Below, one piece after another: positions 20,343 through 31,300 of a stretch of DNA of 64,000 bases. The stretch is from Perkinsela sp. CCAP 1560/9 (taxonomy: Eukaryota > Protista > Euglenozoa: Kinetoplastea), in assembly GCA_965644495.1 (NCBI GenBank), contig CBFFSA010000004.1:930001-994000 (forward strand). Reading direction: 5' to 3'. The notes beneath the pieces are model-generated. The model did not search any database. It was not told the DNA's origin and saw only the letters and a list, made by a program, of their open reading frames with translations. Every line of letters starts with the position of its first letter. Position 1 is the first letter of the stretch. The translations under genes were made by a program, and so were the position numbers.

Positions 20343-22592
20343 ATGATGACGTTGCGCCTAATCACGAACGCTGCCACATACCACAGCTTTCGCTGTTTGT
20401 TAGTCGCGCTGGAGACGAACTGCCAACTCAGCGTATCAGTGTTGTCCCATGAACAAAGCTTTCATTACTTGCTTAGATTGAATTTACCAACATCATTCCC
20501 CTTGGAGGAAGTGTGGCCTGTCCTTGAGGAGGGTGAGGAAGACGTTCGTACGATAGGTTCAAAAAATGTATATCACCGACTCGCAGAATTGAACAGATAT
20601 TCGGGCAATGAAAATTTACGTCGTTTTCTGGAGTGGGATTCTGAAACCTTTCGAAATACGACTGACGAGGAGTCACAATATGGGAAATTAGATTCTAATA
20701 ATGCGGCGACGATAATTAAAGACCTAGCGGTGAAGTTTCCGTCTGTTTTACAGGATGACACAACCGTTATGAAGTGCTTGCTGTTCGCCTCCGTGATTCC
20801 TCTTGTACCTACACTAGAACACACGAATGCATTGCAGAATGAGGAAGGACACTTTGGTGGGAATCTTCATTCTTGGTTTGAGGCCTTTTTCAAGACGAAT
20901 CAAGCATCAATTCGGTCCGGGTTATCTCTTCTGGGAGTGCCAGAGCTTTCCAAACTGGAGTTTTCGCAAAAAGTCCCTCGCTCCCTATCCGTGGCAAACT
21001 ATCCCTTCTACGTCACAACACCCATCTACTATGTTAATGCTGCGCCCCACATCGGTCACATTTACTCTACCTTAGTAGCCGACTGCCTTGCGCGTTACCA
21101 TTCTTTAATAGGTGAGGAAAGTTTTTTGTCTACCGGAACGGACGAGCACGGGCAGAAAATTGCAAAAGCTGCCGCAGATAAAAATCAAACGCCGCAAACG
21201 TTTACCGACGACGTCGCGCGCTCCTTCCGGGACTGCTTCGATGAGTGGGATTTTAAATACAACCACTTTGTCCGCACAACCGATCTCGAGCACGTTTCCC
21301 TCGTAGAGAAGCTATGGGAGAGGCTGGTCGACCAAGACGACATTTATCTAGGCACCTATGAGGGCTGGTACTGCGTCTCCGACGAGTCATTTCTAACTGC
21401 CACACAGGTGCGTGAGGAGGCATTACCCGAGGGGACGGGTACGCGCTATCTCTCTGTAGAATCCGGTCACCCCGTACATCGTGTCTCCGAGCAGAATTAC
21501 CTGTTTCGACTCTCGAAATATGAAAAACAGCTTTTAGAATGGCTACGCAGCGGTCCGGTAATTTACCCCGAGTTCCGACGACAGGAGGTTATCCAACTCG
21601 TACAAAACGGCCTCTCGGACCTCTCGGTTTCACGAAAGAAATCCGTCTGTGATTGGGCCATTCCCTGTCCAGGAGATCCCGACCACGTGATTTATGTCTG
21701 GCTGGACGCTTTAACCAATTATCTCACCTCGGCGATGCTAACGGATTCGCAAACGTCGCACCGAGAACTCTGTGCGCACCCGAGTGGTTTCGCTCGATGG
21801 CCCGGGACCCATGTGCTGGGGAAAGACATTTTAAAATTCCATGCCGTCTATTGGCCAGCGTTTCTGTTCGCCCTGGGCTACGCCCCCCCTCGAAAACTGA
21901 TTGTCCACGGCTGGTGGACCAATGAGGGTAGGAAAATTAGCAAGAGCCTCGGGAACGCCTTTGACCCGCGGGAAAAAGTCGAGCGCTACGGTCTGGACCC
22001 GATCAAGTACTTCCTGCTCCGGGAGTGCTCGTTTAAGGATGACGGGGACTACTCCGATGGTGCCATGGTCTCTCGGTTGAATGGAGAACTCGCGGATACG
22101 TTAGGGAATCTGGTGTTACGATGCGTCAGTGTGAAGCTTGTGCCCCAACGTGTGGTCCCAACCCCCGGGAGCTACACCCCCCATGATGTACTGATGCGTG
22201 ATGAAACTGAGAGGCTTGTGGGACGCTTTGATGGGGCTTTCCGGATGGGGGACCTGCAGACGGGAGTGAAGGTCGTGTTTGAGGTGCTAAGATGTGTGAA
22301 TGCGTATACAACCCATATGGAGCCTTGGAAAGTGATACGGAAGGATACCGCGAGGGCAGGTACGATACTCTACGTGATGCAGGACTGCCTCCGGATCAGC
22401 GCACTTCTGTTGGGGTGTGTGATGCCTGACGTTTGTGATCGTGTGATGCAACAGCTTGGGGTTTCGGAGAAGCCAGAGTTAATCCGAGGACGTGACGCAC
22501 TTCGGTTTGGCAAACTGCCTCCTGGAACTCCGTTGGGCGAAACACAGCCACCTTTGTTTCAGAAAATTGTGGAAGGCAAAGTTCCAAAGTGA
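20343..22592 (+). CDS. MetRS: Methionyl-tRNA synthetase with N-terminal extension
   Basis: YVTTPIYYVNAAPHIGH, TGTDEHGQKI, YVWLDAL, GKDILKFHAVYWPA and KISKSLGN. Confidence 0.97.
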   Translation: MMTLRLITNAATYHSFRCLLVALETNCQLSVSVLSHEQSFHYLLRLNLPTSFPLEEVWPVLEEGEEDVRTIGSKNVYHRLAELNRYSGNENLRRFLEWDSETFRNTTDEESQYGKLDSNNAATIIKDLAVKFPSVLQDDTTVMKCLLFASVIPLVPTLEHTNALQNEEGHFGGNLHSWFEAFFKTNQASIRSGLSLLGVPELSKLEFSQKVPRSLSVANYPFYVTTPIYYVNAAPHIGHIYSTLVADCLARYHSLIGEESFLSTGTDEHGQKIAKAAADKNQTPQTFTDDVARSFRDCFDEWDFKYNHFVRTTDLEHVSLVEKLWERLVDQDDIYLGTYEGWYCVSDESFLTATQVREEALPEGTGTRYLSVESGHPVHRVSEQNYLFRLSKYEKQLLEWLRSGPVIYPEFRRQEVIQLVQNGLSDLSVSRKKSVCDWAIPCPGDPDHVIYVWLDALTNYLTSAMLTDSQTSHRELCAHPSGFARWPGTHVLGKDILKFHAVYWPAFLFALGYAPPRKLIVHGWWTNEGRKISKSLGNAFDPREKVERYGLDPIKYFLLRECSFKDDGDYSDGAMVSRLNGELADTLGNLVLRCVSVKLVPQRVVPTPGSYTPHDVLMRDETERLVGRFDGAFRMGDLQTGVKVVFEVLRCVNAYTTHMEPWKVIRKDTARAGTILYVMQDCLRISALLLGCVMPDVCDRVMQQLGVSEKPELIRGRDALRFGKLPPGTPLGETQPPLFQKIVEGKVPK

Positions 22593-22863
22593 GATACATT
22601 TGTGTCCATACTTTCCTGACACCAACGGTGTATAGCTCATACTGAAAGAAATTGAAAGCCCTTCTGTTATACTCGAATATTTTAAAGCTTCAAAATTTTG
22701 CTTTTATTATGATGACCTGTAATATGCAGCACTGGAAAAGACCAGAACGCAATGTATTCTCGTTGTAGGAAGAACTTGTATTCATGGTGATCTTCTAGCA
22801 TTTTCCATTACAAACCTGTACAAATTATTGAACCTTTACTTTAAATGCTTGAAAAGGCAAAAA

Positions 22864-23679
22864 ATGGATATGCTAACCGAATCGTCGCCTGCAAACTGCG
22901 ATTTGTGCATATGCGTTTTGTTTCCTAGTTGTCGACCCGATCCTTTTAGACTTGTCCTGCCACAACTTCCTTCCGGCGACAGAATAAATGAAGTGATCGA
23001 AGGAATACAAAAACTCGTACCAACCTCTGGCGATGCCAAATTGTGGAAAATATTCATTTGTCTCTCGATTTCAAATCTTCGCCTCTGTACGTCAGCAGAT
23101 ATCGTACATGGATGTCGTTTATATGTTACCACGATACAGGAGGCGGAAAGCAACTTGATGCTACGAAACCTTGTAAAATCAGGAGGACCTCCCGAAGCAT
23201 CCGAGGCTTCAACTAAAACTGGTGTAATTGAGAGCATAGAAGACGTGAATTCGGAATCTGTAAAGAATGCAGAGTCCCTCAAAACGGCAACCACGCATCT
23301 ATCGATTCCCAAATCAATGATCCATGCCGTGGCATTAGCCCATCGGATGCCTGAAATGAAAATGACGGATCGTCCAGAGGACATAATTGCTCGTCTCACA
23401 ACTCTGAGTGATGTGATAAAAGCGATACCGTCTATTTCTGTTGCATCTCTTCCGGGTCGCTTTCTTTGTGTGCGATGTCGTTCCCTCCGAATGGATCCGT
23501 GGATCGCACATTGTTGTGGTGCCTTTCTGTGCCGTCCATGTGTGATGCTCTCAAAATCATCTTGTGTGGGATGTGAACAAACGAACGTACCGCAATATGC
23601 TCCCACTAGAGACACAGTGAGTCTTAGACAGTTGTATAATTGTCTTCTTGAAAAAGTAAAGTCGATAAATGTAGGGTAA
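22864..23679 (+). CDS. RING-finger protein (possibly Mpe1/RBBP6-like)
   Basis: C-terminal CVRC...HCCGAFLCRPC...CVGC RING; the N-terminus may be ubiquitin-like. Confidence 0.6.
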   Translation: MDMLTESSPANCDLCICVLFPSCRPDPFRLVLPQLPSGDRINEVIEGIQKLVPTSGDAKLWKIFICLSISNLRLCTSADIVHGCRLYVTTIQEAESNLMLRNLVKSGGPPEASEASTKTGVIESIEDVNSESVKNAESLKTATTHLSIPKSMIHAVALAHRMPEMKMTDRPEDIIARLTTLSDVIKAIPSISVASLPGRFLCVRCRSLRMDPWIAHCCGAFLCRPCVMLSKSSCVGCEQTNVPQYAPTRDTVSLRQLYNCLLEKVKSINVG

Positions 23680-23894
23680 TGACCTCTTACGCTTGTGTAT
23701 GCCTTATCCTAGGTTCATGTAGAGTCTCAACTACGTTAGGGTAACTGTAGGGAAGACGTAGTTGTATGTCAAAAAGAAAGTAATTTACTTCTGTGGTACT
23801 AGTATGCAGTTGTACAGGAATTGATTTACTCAGATGTGTTTATGTGTATGCTTATGTAAGTGAACCTCGGACGTATTTTCCTACGTGGCAGAAA

Positions 23895-25478
23895 ATGCGC
23901 GGCTTCCGTCTTCTTTTTCTGACTCTTGTCACCAGGACGTCACTGCTGTTTTTTGCGATCTTGTCGCACAAGGTGTTGGATGACTATGACTTGTCTACAG
24001 CGATGACAATGAGAGAGATGCAACAGGCTCCACATTCGTTTCTTGAAAACGATCCTAAAGAAGATAACGTTTCGGGAGACGTACCTGCATTGGGCTATGT
24101 TGAATTACTCGCCCATACTTTTAACTGGGACAGTGTTTTCTTTACCGATATCGCACATCGAGAGCAGCACATGAGATTGAACTATGAGAAAAATCAAACC
24201 GTTTCTTCCCGTTGCAAGGTCTCTGTATCGACTCTGTATAATTTCTGTTCGCATTACACAGCACCCTACCCGTTTGTACACTACTTTGCCTTCTATCCAG
24301 GATACCCTGCCTTGCTCTCTCGCCTCTGTTCATTCACTTCTTGGTTTCCAATCTGTGCTCTGGGACTCAACATAGGGATGTATTTCTTCTCTGCACTGGG
24401 ACTTTTCAAACTAACCAGTTTGATCTTTCACAGTGAACCAATGTCGGATTTATCAACTCTTTTTTACCTTCTCTCTCCCGCGGGTATATTCACACAAGCA
24501 GCGTATTGTGATGTCATGTACGCATGTCTTAGTAACTGGGGATGTTATTTTTTATTGCTTTGCTGGGAGGCCTATTTTCATCGCTCTACAAGACGACCCC
24601 CAAACAAATGGCGTAAACCTGTGCAATACAGTATTTTTGCTAGCGCGGCTACACTTTGCTTTTTAGGTGCTAGTACAATACGATCGAATGGAATGCTGAA
24701 TGTGTTATATTTCTTCTATGGCGGATATTTAATCGGTACCGAAACGCTGTACTGCTTTTTTCGGTGTCGGAAGGATACGTTTCAGAAATGGAAAGAGCTC
24801 CTTTCTGGGGCTACGGCTATGATCGTCATGGGTGTATGTGCCGCAATTACGACTATTCCTTTTTTCCTGTTTCAGTATTGCGCACAGCGCGAATGTTGTC
24901 CAACAGATGATTTAGTAAATTACAATTCTACAGTTTTCGGAAAGGATGATAGCCACATGCCTTGTGGTGTTCCCTTTTATGCTTTCTATTCCTCGATACA
25001 GAGCCAATATTGGAATGTTGGTTTCTTGTCTCAATTTCAATATTCACAATTGTTAAATTTGGTCATTGCGTTGCCCACCCTCTTCGTGGTTGTGTGGGGC
25101 CTCAAAAGAAAGGGCTTGAGTCTCCCGTTGAATCCAATTATTTTACTATGGAATAGTGTCTGGCGAATAGAAAAATCCAGCATCCCTAATCGAGTGGTTA
25201 TCAAAAATCAGGCACATCTGATATCAGAAAAGGACGTAGAGCAACATTATCACTTGGCGTGCAATCTTATGCTTCTTGTTAACACTGCGATAGCTTTATT
25301 TCTAGTACACTTTCAAGTCATTCCCCGTTTTTTGTTTAGTTTGCCTTCCGTACAGTGGATCTTATCAAATTTGTACATCGGGTCGCCACCACGTGCAAGA
25401 CACGTGTTGTTTTCATATCTTTTGCTATGGAACATTTTGGGGATTGTGTTGCATAGCAATTTTTACCCATGGACGTAA
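23895..25478 (+). CDS. PIGV: GPI mannosyltransferase II
   Basis: NWDSVFFTDIA, FAFYPGYP, SPAGIF...Y, RSNG, YSSIQSQYWNVGFL and multiple TM segments. Confidence 0.92.
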   Translation: MRGFRLLFLTLVTRTSLLFFAILSHKVLDDYDLSTAMTMREMQQAPHSFLENDPKEDNVSGDVPALGYVELLAHTFNWDSVFFTDIAHREQHMRLNYEKNQTVSSRCKVSVSTLYNFCSHYTAPYPFVHYFAFYPGYPALLSRLCSFTSWFPICALGLNIGMYFFSALGLFKLTSLIFHSEPMSDLSTLFYLLSPAGIFTQAAYCDVMYACLSNWGCYFLLLCWEAYFHRSTRRPPNKWRKPVQYSIFASAATLCFLGASTIRSNGMLNVLYFFYGGYLIGTETLYCFFRCRKDTFQKWKELLSGATAMIVMGVCAAITTIPFFLFQYCAQRECCPTDDLVNYNSTVFGKDDSHMPCGVPFYAFYSSIQSQYWNVGFLSQFQYSQLLNLVIALPTLFVVVWGLKRKGLSLPLNPIILLWNSVWRIEKSSIPNRVVIKNQAHLISEKDVEQHYHLACNLMLLVNTAIALFLVHFQVIPRFLFSLPSVQWILSNLYIGSPPRARHVLFSYLLLWNILGIVLHSNFYPWT

Positions 25479-25730
25479 TCACGCCTTTGTATATCACGCC
25501 TGTGTGACATCATCTCCAAAGAGCGGTATCCACTTGAGTATTATTTATTCCTTGTACTGTGCTGACGAACTCGCAAGTGTGAACGTGGGGGACATGGGGC
25601 AGGAATGACCCACCTTCGTTAGTTTCGCCATTTTTTACAAGTTCAGCGTCATGTAAAACATTAATTTTTCTATCGTCGATGCTCTTATTTGTTATTTTCT
25701 TTAATAAATTTTCATAAGAATTTTTTTTAT

Positions 25731-26012
25731 ATGATGCTGCCAATGGCACGTCGTGAAAGCCATCGTGAAAACGAGTCAGAGAATATAGGAATGGCTGGAA
25801 TTCAGTTGGGCCAGCCGAACGTAACAGGATTAGACCCAACGAGAACAATATACGATTTACGTATGCAGGACAGACTAGGGCAGTGCGGTCGCCGAGGCGA
25901 AAATCGCGTTTCCATAGCACTTGAAACCCATAACAACAGCCTAATCGATATTGAATGGAGCGATTATCAAAATCTTCCGGACGAAGTAGATCATCCGGCA
26001 CACCTTGTGTGA
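25731..26012 (+). CDS. Small hypothetical protein
   Basis: Codirectional 93-aa ORF after a T-rich tract; no family recognised. Confidence 0.35.
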   Translation: MMLPMARRESHRENESENIGMAGIQLGQPNVTGLDPTRTIYDLRMQDRLGQCGRRGENRVSIALETHNNSLIDIEWSDYQNLPDEVDHPAHLV

Positions 26013-26340
26013 TTACTTTTATACGAATATTACGTAATGCAAGGAATACAAACATGCGATCATATTATATGGCTATGGTGCATACATCTATTCAATTTGT
26101 GTGCTCTTTTAATTCTGATTTTGTTGCGCGCACGCTACAAGACGTCCCCTGTGCGTCGGGAGGATATACTGTAATATTCATGCTGTAGCTCACCACAATA
26201 GATAAATCTGTATCAAGTGATGTACCTCCATAATGTAGCCCAAAGGTATGATACACTTCACTTACGTGATGAGCGACTCACTTTTATATAGTAAAAAAAA
26301 TATTAATCTTTTTCGTTGAGATGCAGGCTTTCGAGAGTAA

Positions 26341-28710
26341 ATGGATCTTAGCGATCTCGCGAACTCGATAGAGCGATGCGCGTTCGATTCGTTGAGGAAC
26401 TGCTTGCGACCTCCTTGTGCCGACTTAATAACGAAGTTACAGGAGCAATATTATGCGAACAGCTCACTATTTCTGCAGGATAGTTCCGGAATTTTATGCG
26501 ACCTTTCTCTTGTGCTTTTTCCCATTGAAGATAATGTTCCGCTTGATATATTATACGAAACTCTCCAAGTCCAGTTGAAAGATGAATATTCTAGTTCTAA
26601 CACAGCCTTCAGTTGTCCAGTGAATGGCATTTCGAGAGCAACCAGGGAAAGAATGCAGTCCCTATATGACGTCATATTTCCACCACCTTCGAAGATTAAT
26701 CAGAAAGAACTGTCTTATCGTATAGCGAGAGAGAAATGCAAAGCAGCCTATGGGGGGAAACGGCGCAAAATCGTAAATCAAGATTTTTCAATGAATCGTG
26801 AAAACTGTCATTCGCCGAACTCTGAAAAATACAATCAAGATTTTCTCTTTGGATCTTCTCAAAGACTTCGCCGATTTGATGTGAAATCACGAGGTTTGCA
26901 TTATCCTATTGGCAACCTCTCCTCTCTATTTATGTGGGACGTGATTTCTCAACAAGAAAGTAGTGAGCAGCTTCAACACATTGTATTTTTAGACGCTTCT
27001 AAGCATGAGGATTCTGTGTTCTATTTTCTCGAGTTCCTAAGGCATATCCAAGAGCTCATAACGCTTTGTAGCCTTCAAGGCATCCCTACACCTCCGCTTA
27101 AGTTACAATTATGGATCTCACAAAACTCATCCCAGACGGCTGGATGTAATACCAAGTTAGATTCCTATTGGCACATATTTGCTCCTGTTAAGACACCGAA
27201 AACCATCCGTACTCGGTTTCCATCACCTCTATCGGTCTTCCCTCTTTCGTCAATCGTACGTTTTGACTCCTGTCACTTTTTATGTGAATTTCTGGCCCAT
27301 TGGGTATTTCACAGCCCTGTGGTGGTAAGATTTTCCCATGATCTGCTTCGCCACCTGGGCATTACTTTACAGCTCCATGGGGTAACTTCCTTTATTTCAC
27401 TTTGTGTGTCGTGTATTTTGACACATGCATCGGTCTACGGAGTGGTCAGTGGGACCAATGACTCTGAAGCACACAAAAAGCATTCCAAAAGCAGGAAGAA
27501 AGGCAGTAAGGGTAAACAATCACCTTTTAAGAATTCGAATGTCGCTGCGGCGCAAGACAAAAGCCAAACGGACGATGGAACAGAGTCTCTTTGGCTATAC
27601 ACGTTTCACTACTTTCGCAACAGAGAAGTATCCTTACAAATGATGGGTAAAATTATTCTCTGGATTACAGCAAGGGAAAGAGAAATTTCATCCTATTTGG
27701 AAGACAAAGACTGGGATCTCTCTATGTTGGAACAAGAATTTCTTCAGTCTTTCGGTGAACAGCTGATTGAGAACGTAGACTTCAGTCATCTAGCACAGTA
27801 CGAGCGCACAAGTACTCAGCCTAGGATGCCATCGAGTAACGAACGCCGACAAGCTCAAGATTACAACGAGAACGATACATATTCTGCAGAGGATACGCTT
27901 TTGCACGACTTTCTTGCCGAAGCCGCGACGTTGTGCTCTAGGCTGTGCCTGTGCTGCAAACGAACATTATCAGAAAACATTCCTCAACGCTTTACCATTC
28001 GGTGCGATGCGCTACGTTTGCTTTGCCGTCACAGTCACGCCGCCTTTCCCTTTCCTACTGGTGAACCTGAGATGAACACAATGGCAGGTGTAAATGCAGG
28101 ACCAAGCAGAAATCCCGATTTAGTAGAATCCTGTCATGACTTTCACGCTCACGGGATCGGATCCGTTCACTCTACTCGAGGAAGCCGGTCCACTTCACAC
28201 ATACGCGATATCAAACAAATGCTGTGGGAGGGCAACGAACACTATGCATTAGAGGCATTAAAGGATTCTTCGCATAAGGAGGAAGAAGTCTCGTGGTTAA
28301 GATACGTCATCATATGGTTGATTCACAAGAGCCAAGGTTGGAATAGCGCTGCGGGTCAATCGTTCTCTGTAGGTTCTGAAGCAAAAACCGGAGTAAAAGT
28401 TACACACATGCCCTTGGTAGAACTTTTGAAAGCGATCGAAACCGATTATAGTAGTCTGAAACAACGCGAAGACAAGCCAAAAGTGGGACCAAAGAGCAGC
28501 GTGGGAAAGGTTGCTCGGGCGACACGGAAAAAATCTTCAGATCTCAGGAGTGAAACAAGTTTCAGCAATTGGCTGTTTGCCTTGACGTATCTCAGCAAGG
28601 CAATGGAGGGCCTCATAACATGGAGTAGTACAGACACTTTTGTAAGTTCCGAAACTGATCTTGAGAGTGTTGCAGTAGATTGGTCTGCTCTTGCATTCCA
28701 TTTTAGCTGA
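26341..28710 (+). CDS. Hypothetical protein, candidate divergent ORC3
   Basis: 789 aa. The central region follows the order of ORC3 motifs and the C-terminus looks winged-helix-like (see findings). The CDS is solid; the identity is tentative. Confidence 0.5.
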   Translation: MDLSDLANSIERCAFDSLRNCLRPPCADLITKLQEQYYANSSLFLQDSSGILCDLSLVLFPIEDNVPLDILYETLQVQLKDEYSSSNTAFSCPVNGISRATRERMQSLYDVIFPPPSKINQKELSYRIAREKCKAAYGGKRRKIVNQDFSMNRENCHSPNSEKYNQDFLFGSSQRLRRFDVKSRGLHYPIGNLSSLFMWDVISQQESSEQLQHIVFLDASKHEDSVFYFLEFLRHIQELITLCSLQGIPTPPLKLQLWISQNSSQTAGCNTKLDSYWHIFAPVKTPKTIRTRFPSPLSVFPLSSIVRFDSCHFLCEFLAHWVFHSPVVVRFSHDLLRHLGITLQLHGVTSFISLCVSCILTHASVYGVVSGTNDSEAHKKHSKSRKKGSKGKQSPFKNSNVAAAQDKSQTDDGTESLWLYTFHYFRNREVSLQMMGKIILWITAREREISSYLEDKDWDLSMLEQEFLQSFGEQLIENVDFSHLAQYERTSTQPRMPSSNERRQAQDYNENDTYSAEDTLLHDFLAEAATLCSRLCLCCKRTLSENIPQRFTIRCDALRLLCRHSHAAFPFPTGEPEMNTMAGVNAGPSRNPDLVESCHDFHAHGIGSVHSTRGSRSTSHIRDIKQMLWEGNEHYALEALKDSSHKEEEVSWLRYVIIWLIHKSQGWNSAAGQSFSVGSEAKTGVKVTHMPLVELLKAIETDYSSLKQREDKPKVGPKSSVGKVARATRKKSSDLRSETSFSNWLFALTYLSKAMEGLITWSSTDTFVSSETDLESVAVDWSALAFHFS

Positions 28711-28872
28711 ATGCTGACATATCGACCTATCGTTTAACAGCAGCAGCAATCTATATCGCAACATAATTCTACTTTCTTATATATTCCGCACCCCTTTTAT
28801 TGGATCACTAAGTGGTTGCCGTTTTACACACCAAAAATATGCATTTGATGCCATTTTTTTCTCTAATCGGTT

Positions 28873-31041
28873 ATGATGAAAGCAACGATTCAGAAACGCT
28901 TTAGCTTGTATTCCACAAACAACTCTGAGAAATCAGAAGGGAACAGATTCTCCGAAGTCAAAATGGTAGTGATTTTCAACAAAGAAATAGCTCCTCAATC
29001 CTGGGAATGCTTGTTGTCAATAACGCCACGGGCGTGGGCTTACGCTCTTCAAAATCAGGTACGAGTACTTACTCCAAAAGGTAACCAGTTTACTTATACG
29101 GATCATTCCGCCCCGATAACGTTTGTAAAGCAGCTTTATTTCCCAGACTCGCGTTGCTTCCCGAGTAACACGTGCATAGTTGTAAGCTGCGACAGCTCTT
29201 CAAGCTTGCATATCTGGGGATATAATGAAGCTACAGGAAAGCTACACGTTTTTTGTCGACATGTTCTCCCTTCTGCTGCTGCGCTAGGAGACTATGCAAT
29301 CCAAGTAAGAGTTTTGTACCGAGATGAGACGTTGTCGTTGTTTATATTGAGCTCCGAAAGTGGAATTCAGTGCCTCAGATTCCCGCAATCGACTTTGCAG
29401 AATGAAACGTGGGTAATTGACGACATTAAAAGTGTCTTGGAGTTCTACAAGCCGTCGGCGTTGGGTCTGTTGTCTCAATATGTCGCAGTAGCTTCACCCG
29501 GTGTTTTAGGATTATGGTCCTTGGAGACATCCATGACCGACTGCATCGGACTACATGGAACAGAAGGCATGGAGTACAACATAAAAGATATTATACCGCT
29601 AAATGAATCCATGTTTCTTCTGCGTAGTGTTGAGAACTTACAAGTTTGGGACATAACGTCGCGCACATGCAATCAGAGATTTTCTATAAGCTCAGGTAAT
29701 GATCTGATGAGATTGGTGTGCATGTCTCCGGACAAGTGGCTAGTTGTGCTATGTCCTCATATCCAAGAGAAGCGAACTGTGCGGCCCATTCTCCGTGTCG
29801 TGGGAATAACTTGTCAGGAAAACACCTTTCACTTTACCGGAGAATGTAATTATTATGAGCTTATGGACCCCGTTGTGAGCATAGAGAGTGTTCGAGTTTC
29901 GGATGATGAGGTAGACGTGTACACTATGCATTCCTTCTATATTCTTCGATCTCGATTCAAGGTATCTAATTTTAATCAAACAGAAATTTCGTCTTTCAGC
30001 GTACTCGATAGGGCGGTTCTGGAGAGAGGCCTCGACACAGCCAGCCGAGGTAACTCAATTGTTGGTGAAAAAATTGAGGAGCTTCACCATATTTTAGAGT
30101 TACACGAGCAACAGCTAAATGCTATTAACGAGCAGGTAGTAAAGCATTCTGTTTTGGTTCAAAGCATTGCGTCAAATGAAAAGACTTCTCACGAGATAAT
30201 AGACATTGATAACGTTATTACTGCTATTGAGCGTCGACTCACCGGACTTAAGAATCGAATTGCGCAACGGGAATCGAGGGACGAAGAGATAGTTAAGAAA
30301 TGCATTGAGGAATCGACAAGTTTCTTAGTACAGACTTTGCCGGGGGCTATAGCCGAGCTCTTGCGGGGAAATATCGGGCAGGGTGTCGACAATGCCCTAA
30401 GTAAGACTCTTGGGGAATTCGGAGAAAATTTGGACGACAAAATAGGGCAGCACGTGCGGAATTCAGTGGAGTTGATTCTTGGGAAGTACACTGAATTTTC
30501 GGAAGCTTTGCTTAAGAAAGAAGCGGACAAGGTGCAGGTAGAGCGTAACGTCTTAAATGATCAAATTTCGCAGCAGATTCGAAGCGTGAAAGATTATATA
30601 GCGTCTACAAATCCGAAGACGCAAAAAGTGAATAAAGAAATTTTCTCTGAAACAAAACTTCTTCTTCTTTTGCAGGAGAAAAAATATGCGGAAGCAATCG
30701 CGTTGTCATGCGAGTCGCGTGAGACGCTATGCTTAGGACTTAAGATAATAACGAGCAGCCTCTCTGATGACTTTCTATCTGTTATACAACCAAGCGATTC
30801 TCTGTTAAAAGATATGATAAACATTCTAAGCGACTTCTCCGAGTTATCCAACGAATCTATCGCTGATCAAGTGAGCTGGTTACAATCAATAAGTATGTCG
30901 GATATTTTCCTTGCTAAAAGAGACTCTTTGACACAGGTTCGATGTACGTGCTCAAGGCGATTATGCGAACTACAAGATGCTGAGAGCTGGAACAATGTAA
31001 TGCGACACCAAATTAAACTTGCAATTAGAATGTATAATTGA
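28873..31041 (+). CDS. WD40 + coiled-coil protein, EDC4/Ge-1/VARICOSE-like
   Basis: N-terminal WD40 blades and a long central helical/coiled-coil region. C-terminal LLLQEKKYAEAI...QVSWLQSI resembles the Ge-1 C-terminal domain. Confidence 0.55.
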   Translation: MMKATIQKRFSLYSTNNSEKSEGNRFSEVKMVVIFNKEIAPQSWECLLSITPRAWAYALQNQVRVLTPKGNQFTYTDHSAPITFVKQLYFPDSRCFPSNTCIVVSCDSSSSLHIWGYNEATGKLHVFCRHVLPSAAALGDYAIQVRVLYRDETLSLFILSSESGIQCLRFPQSTLQNETWVIDDIKSVLEFYKPSALGLLSQYVAVASPGVLGLWSLETSMTDCIGLHGTEGMEYNIKDIIPLNESMFLLRSVENLQVWDITSRTCNQRFSISSGNDLMRLVCMSPDKWLVVLCPHIQEKRTVRPILRVVGITCQENTFHFTGECNYYELMDPVVSIESVRVSDDEVDVYTMHSFYILRSRFKVSNFNQTEISSFSVLDRAVLERGLDTASRGNSIVGEKIEELHHILELHEQQLNAINEQVVKHSVLVQSIASNEKTSHEIIDIDNVITAIERRLTGLKNRIAQRESRDEEIVKKCIEESTSFLVQTLPGAIAELLRGNIGQGVDNALSKTLGEFGENLDDKIGQHVRNSVELILGKYTEFSEALLKKEADKVQVERNVLNDQISQQIRSVKDYIASTNPKTQKVNKEIFSETKLLLLLQEKKYAEAIALSCESRETLCLGLKIITSSLSDDFLSVIQPSDSLLKDMINILSDFSELSNESIADQVSWLQSISMSDIFLAKRDSLTQVRCTCSRRLCELQDAESWNNVMRHQIKLAIRMYN

Positions 31042-31300
31042 GGTTTTCGTTACATGTCTACTACACAGTCTGCTACACATACAGTCTGTGTGACATACAC
31101 AAGACTGCTTTACAGTCCTTAGTATTTTTAGTACGTGCTCTGTTAGGTCATTGTGACTGTAAAACATACGATAAGAGAGTGTTTTATTATGGGAGTTCTC
31201 TAGAGGTGATAACTTGCCTATGATGTCCATCTCTCCGACCTCTAGCTTCTACACGTATGTGTTATCTTTGTACTTTCCTATTATCTGTACACGCGATCTT

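Noticed and set aside
22836-23615. 259-aa antisense ORF
   Set aside because: It fully shadows the + strand RING protein, has no motifs, and runs against the polycistronic direction.
25510-26055. 181-aa minus-strand ORF
   Set aside because: No recognisable motif, opposite to all host genes, and it overlaps a plausible + strand ORF.
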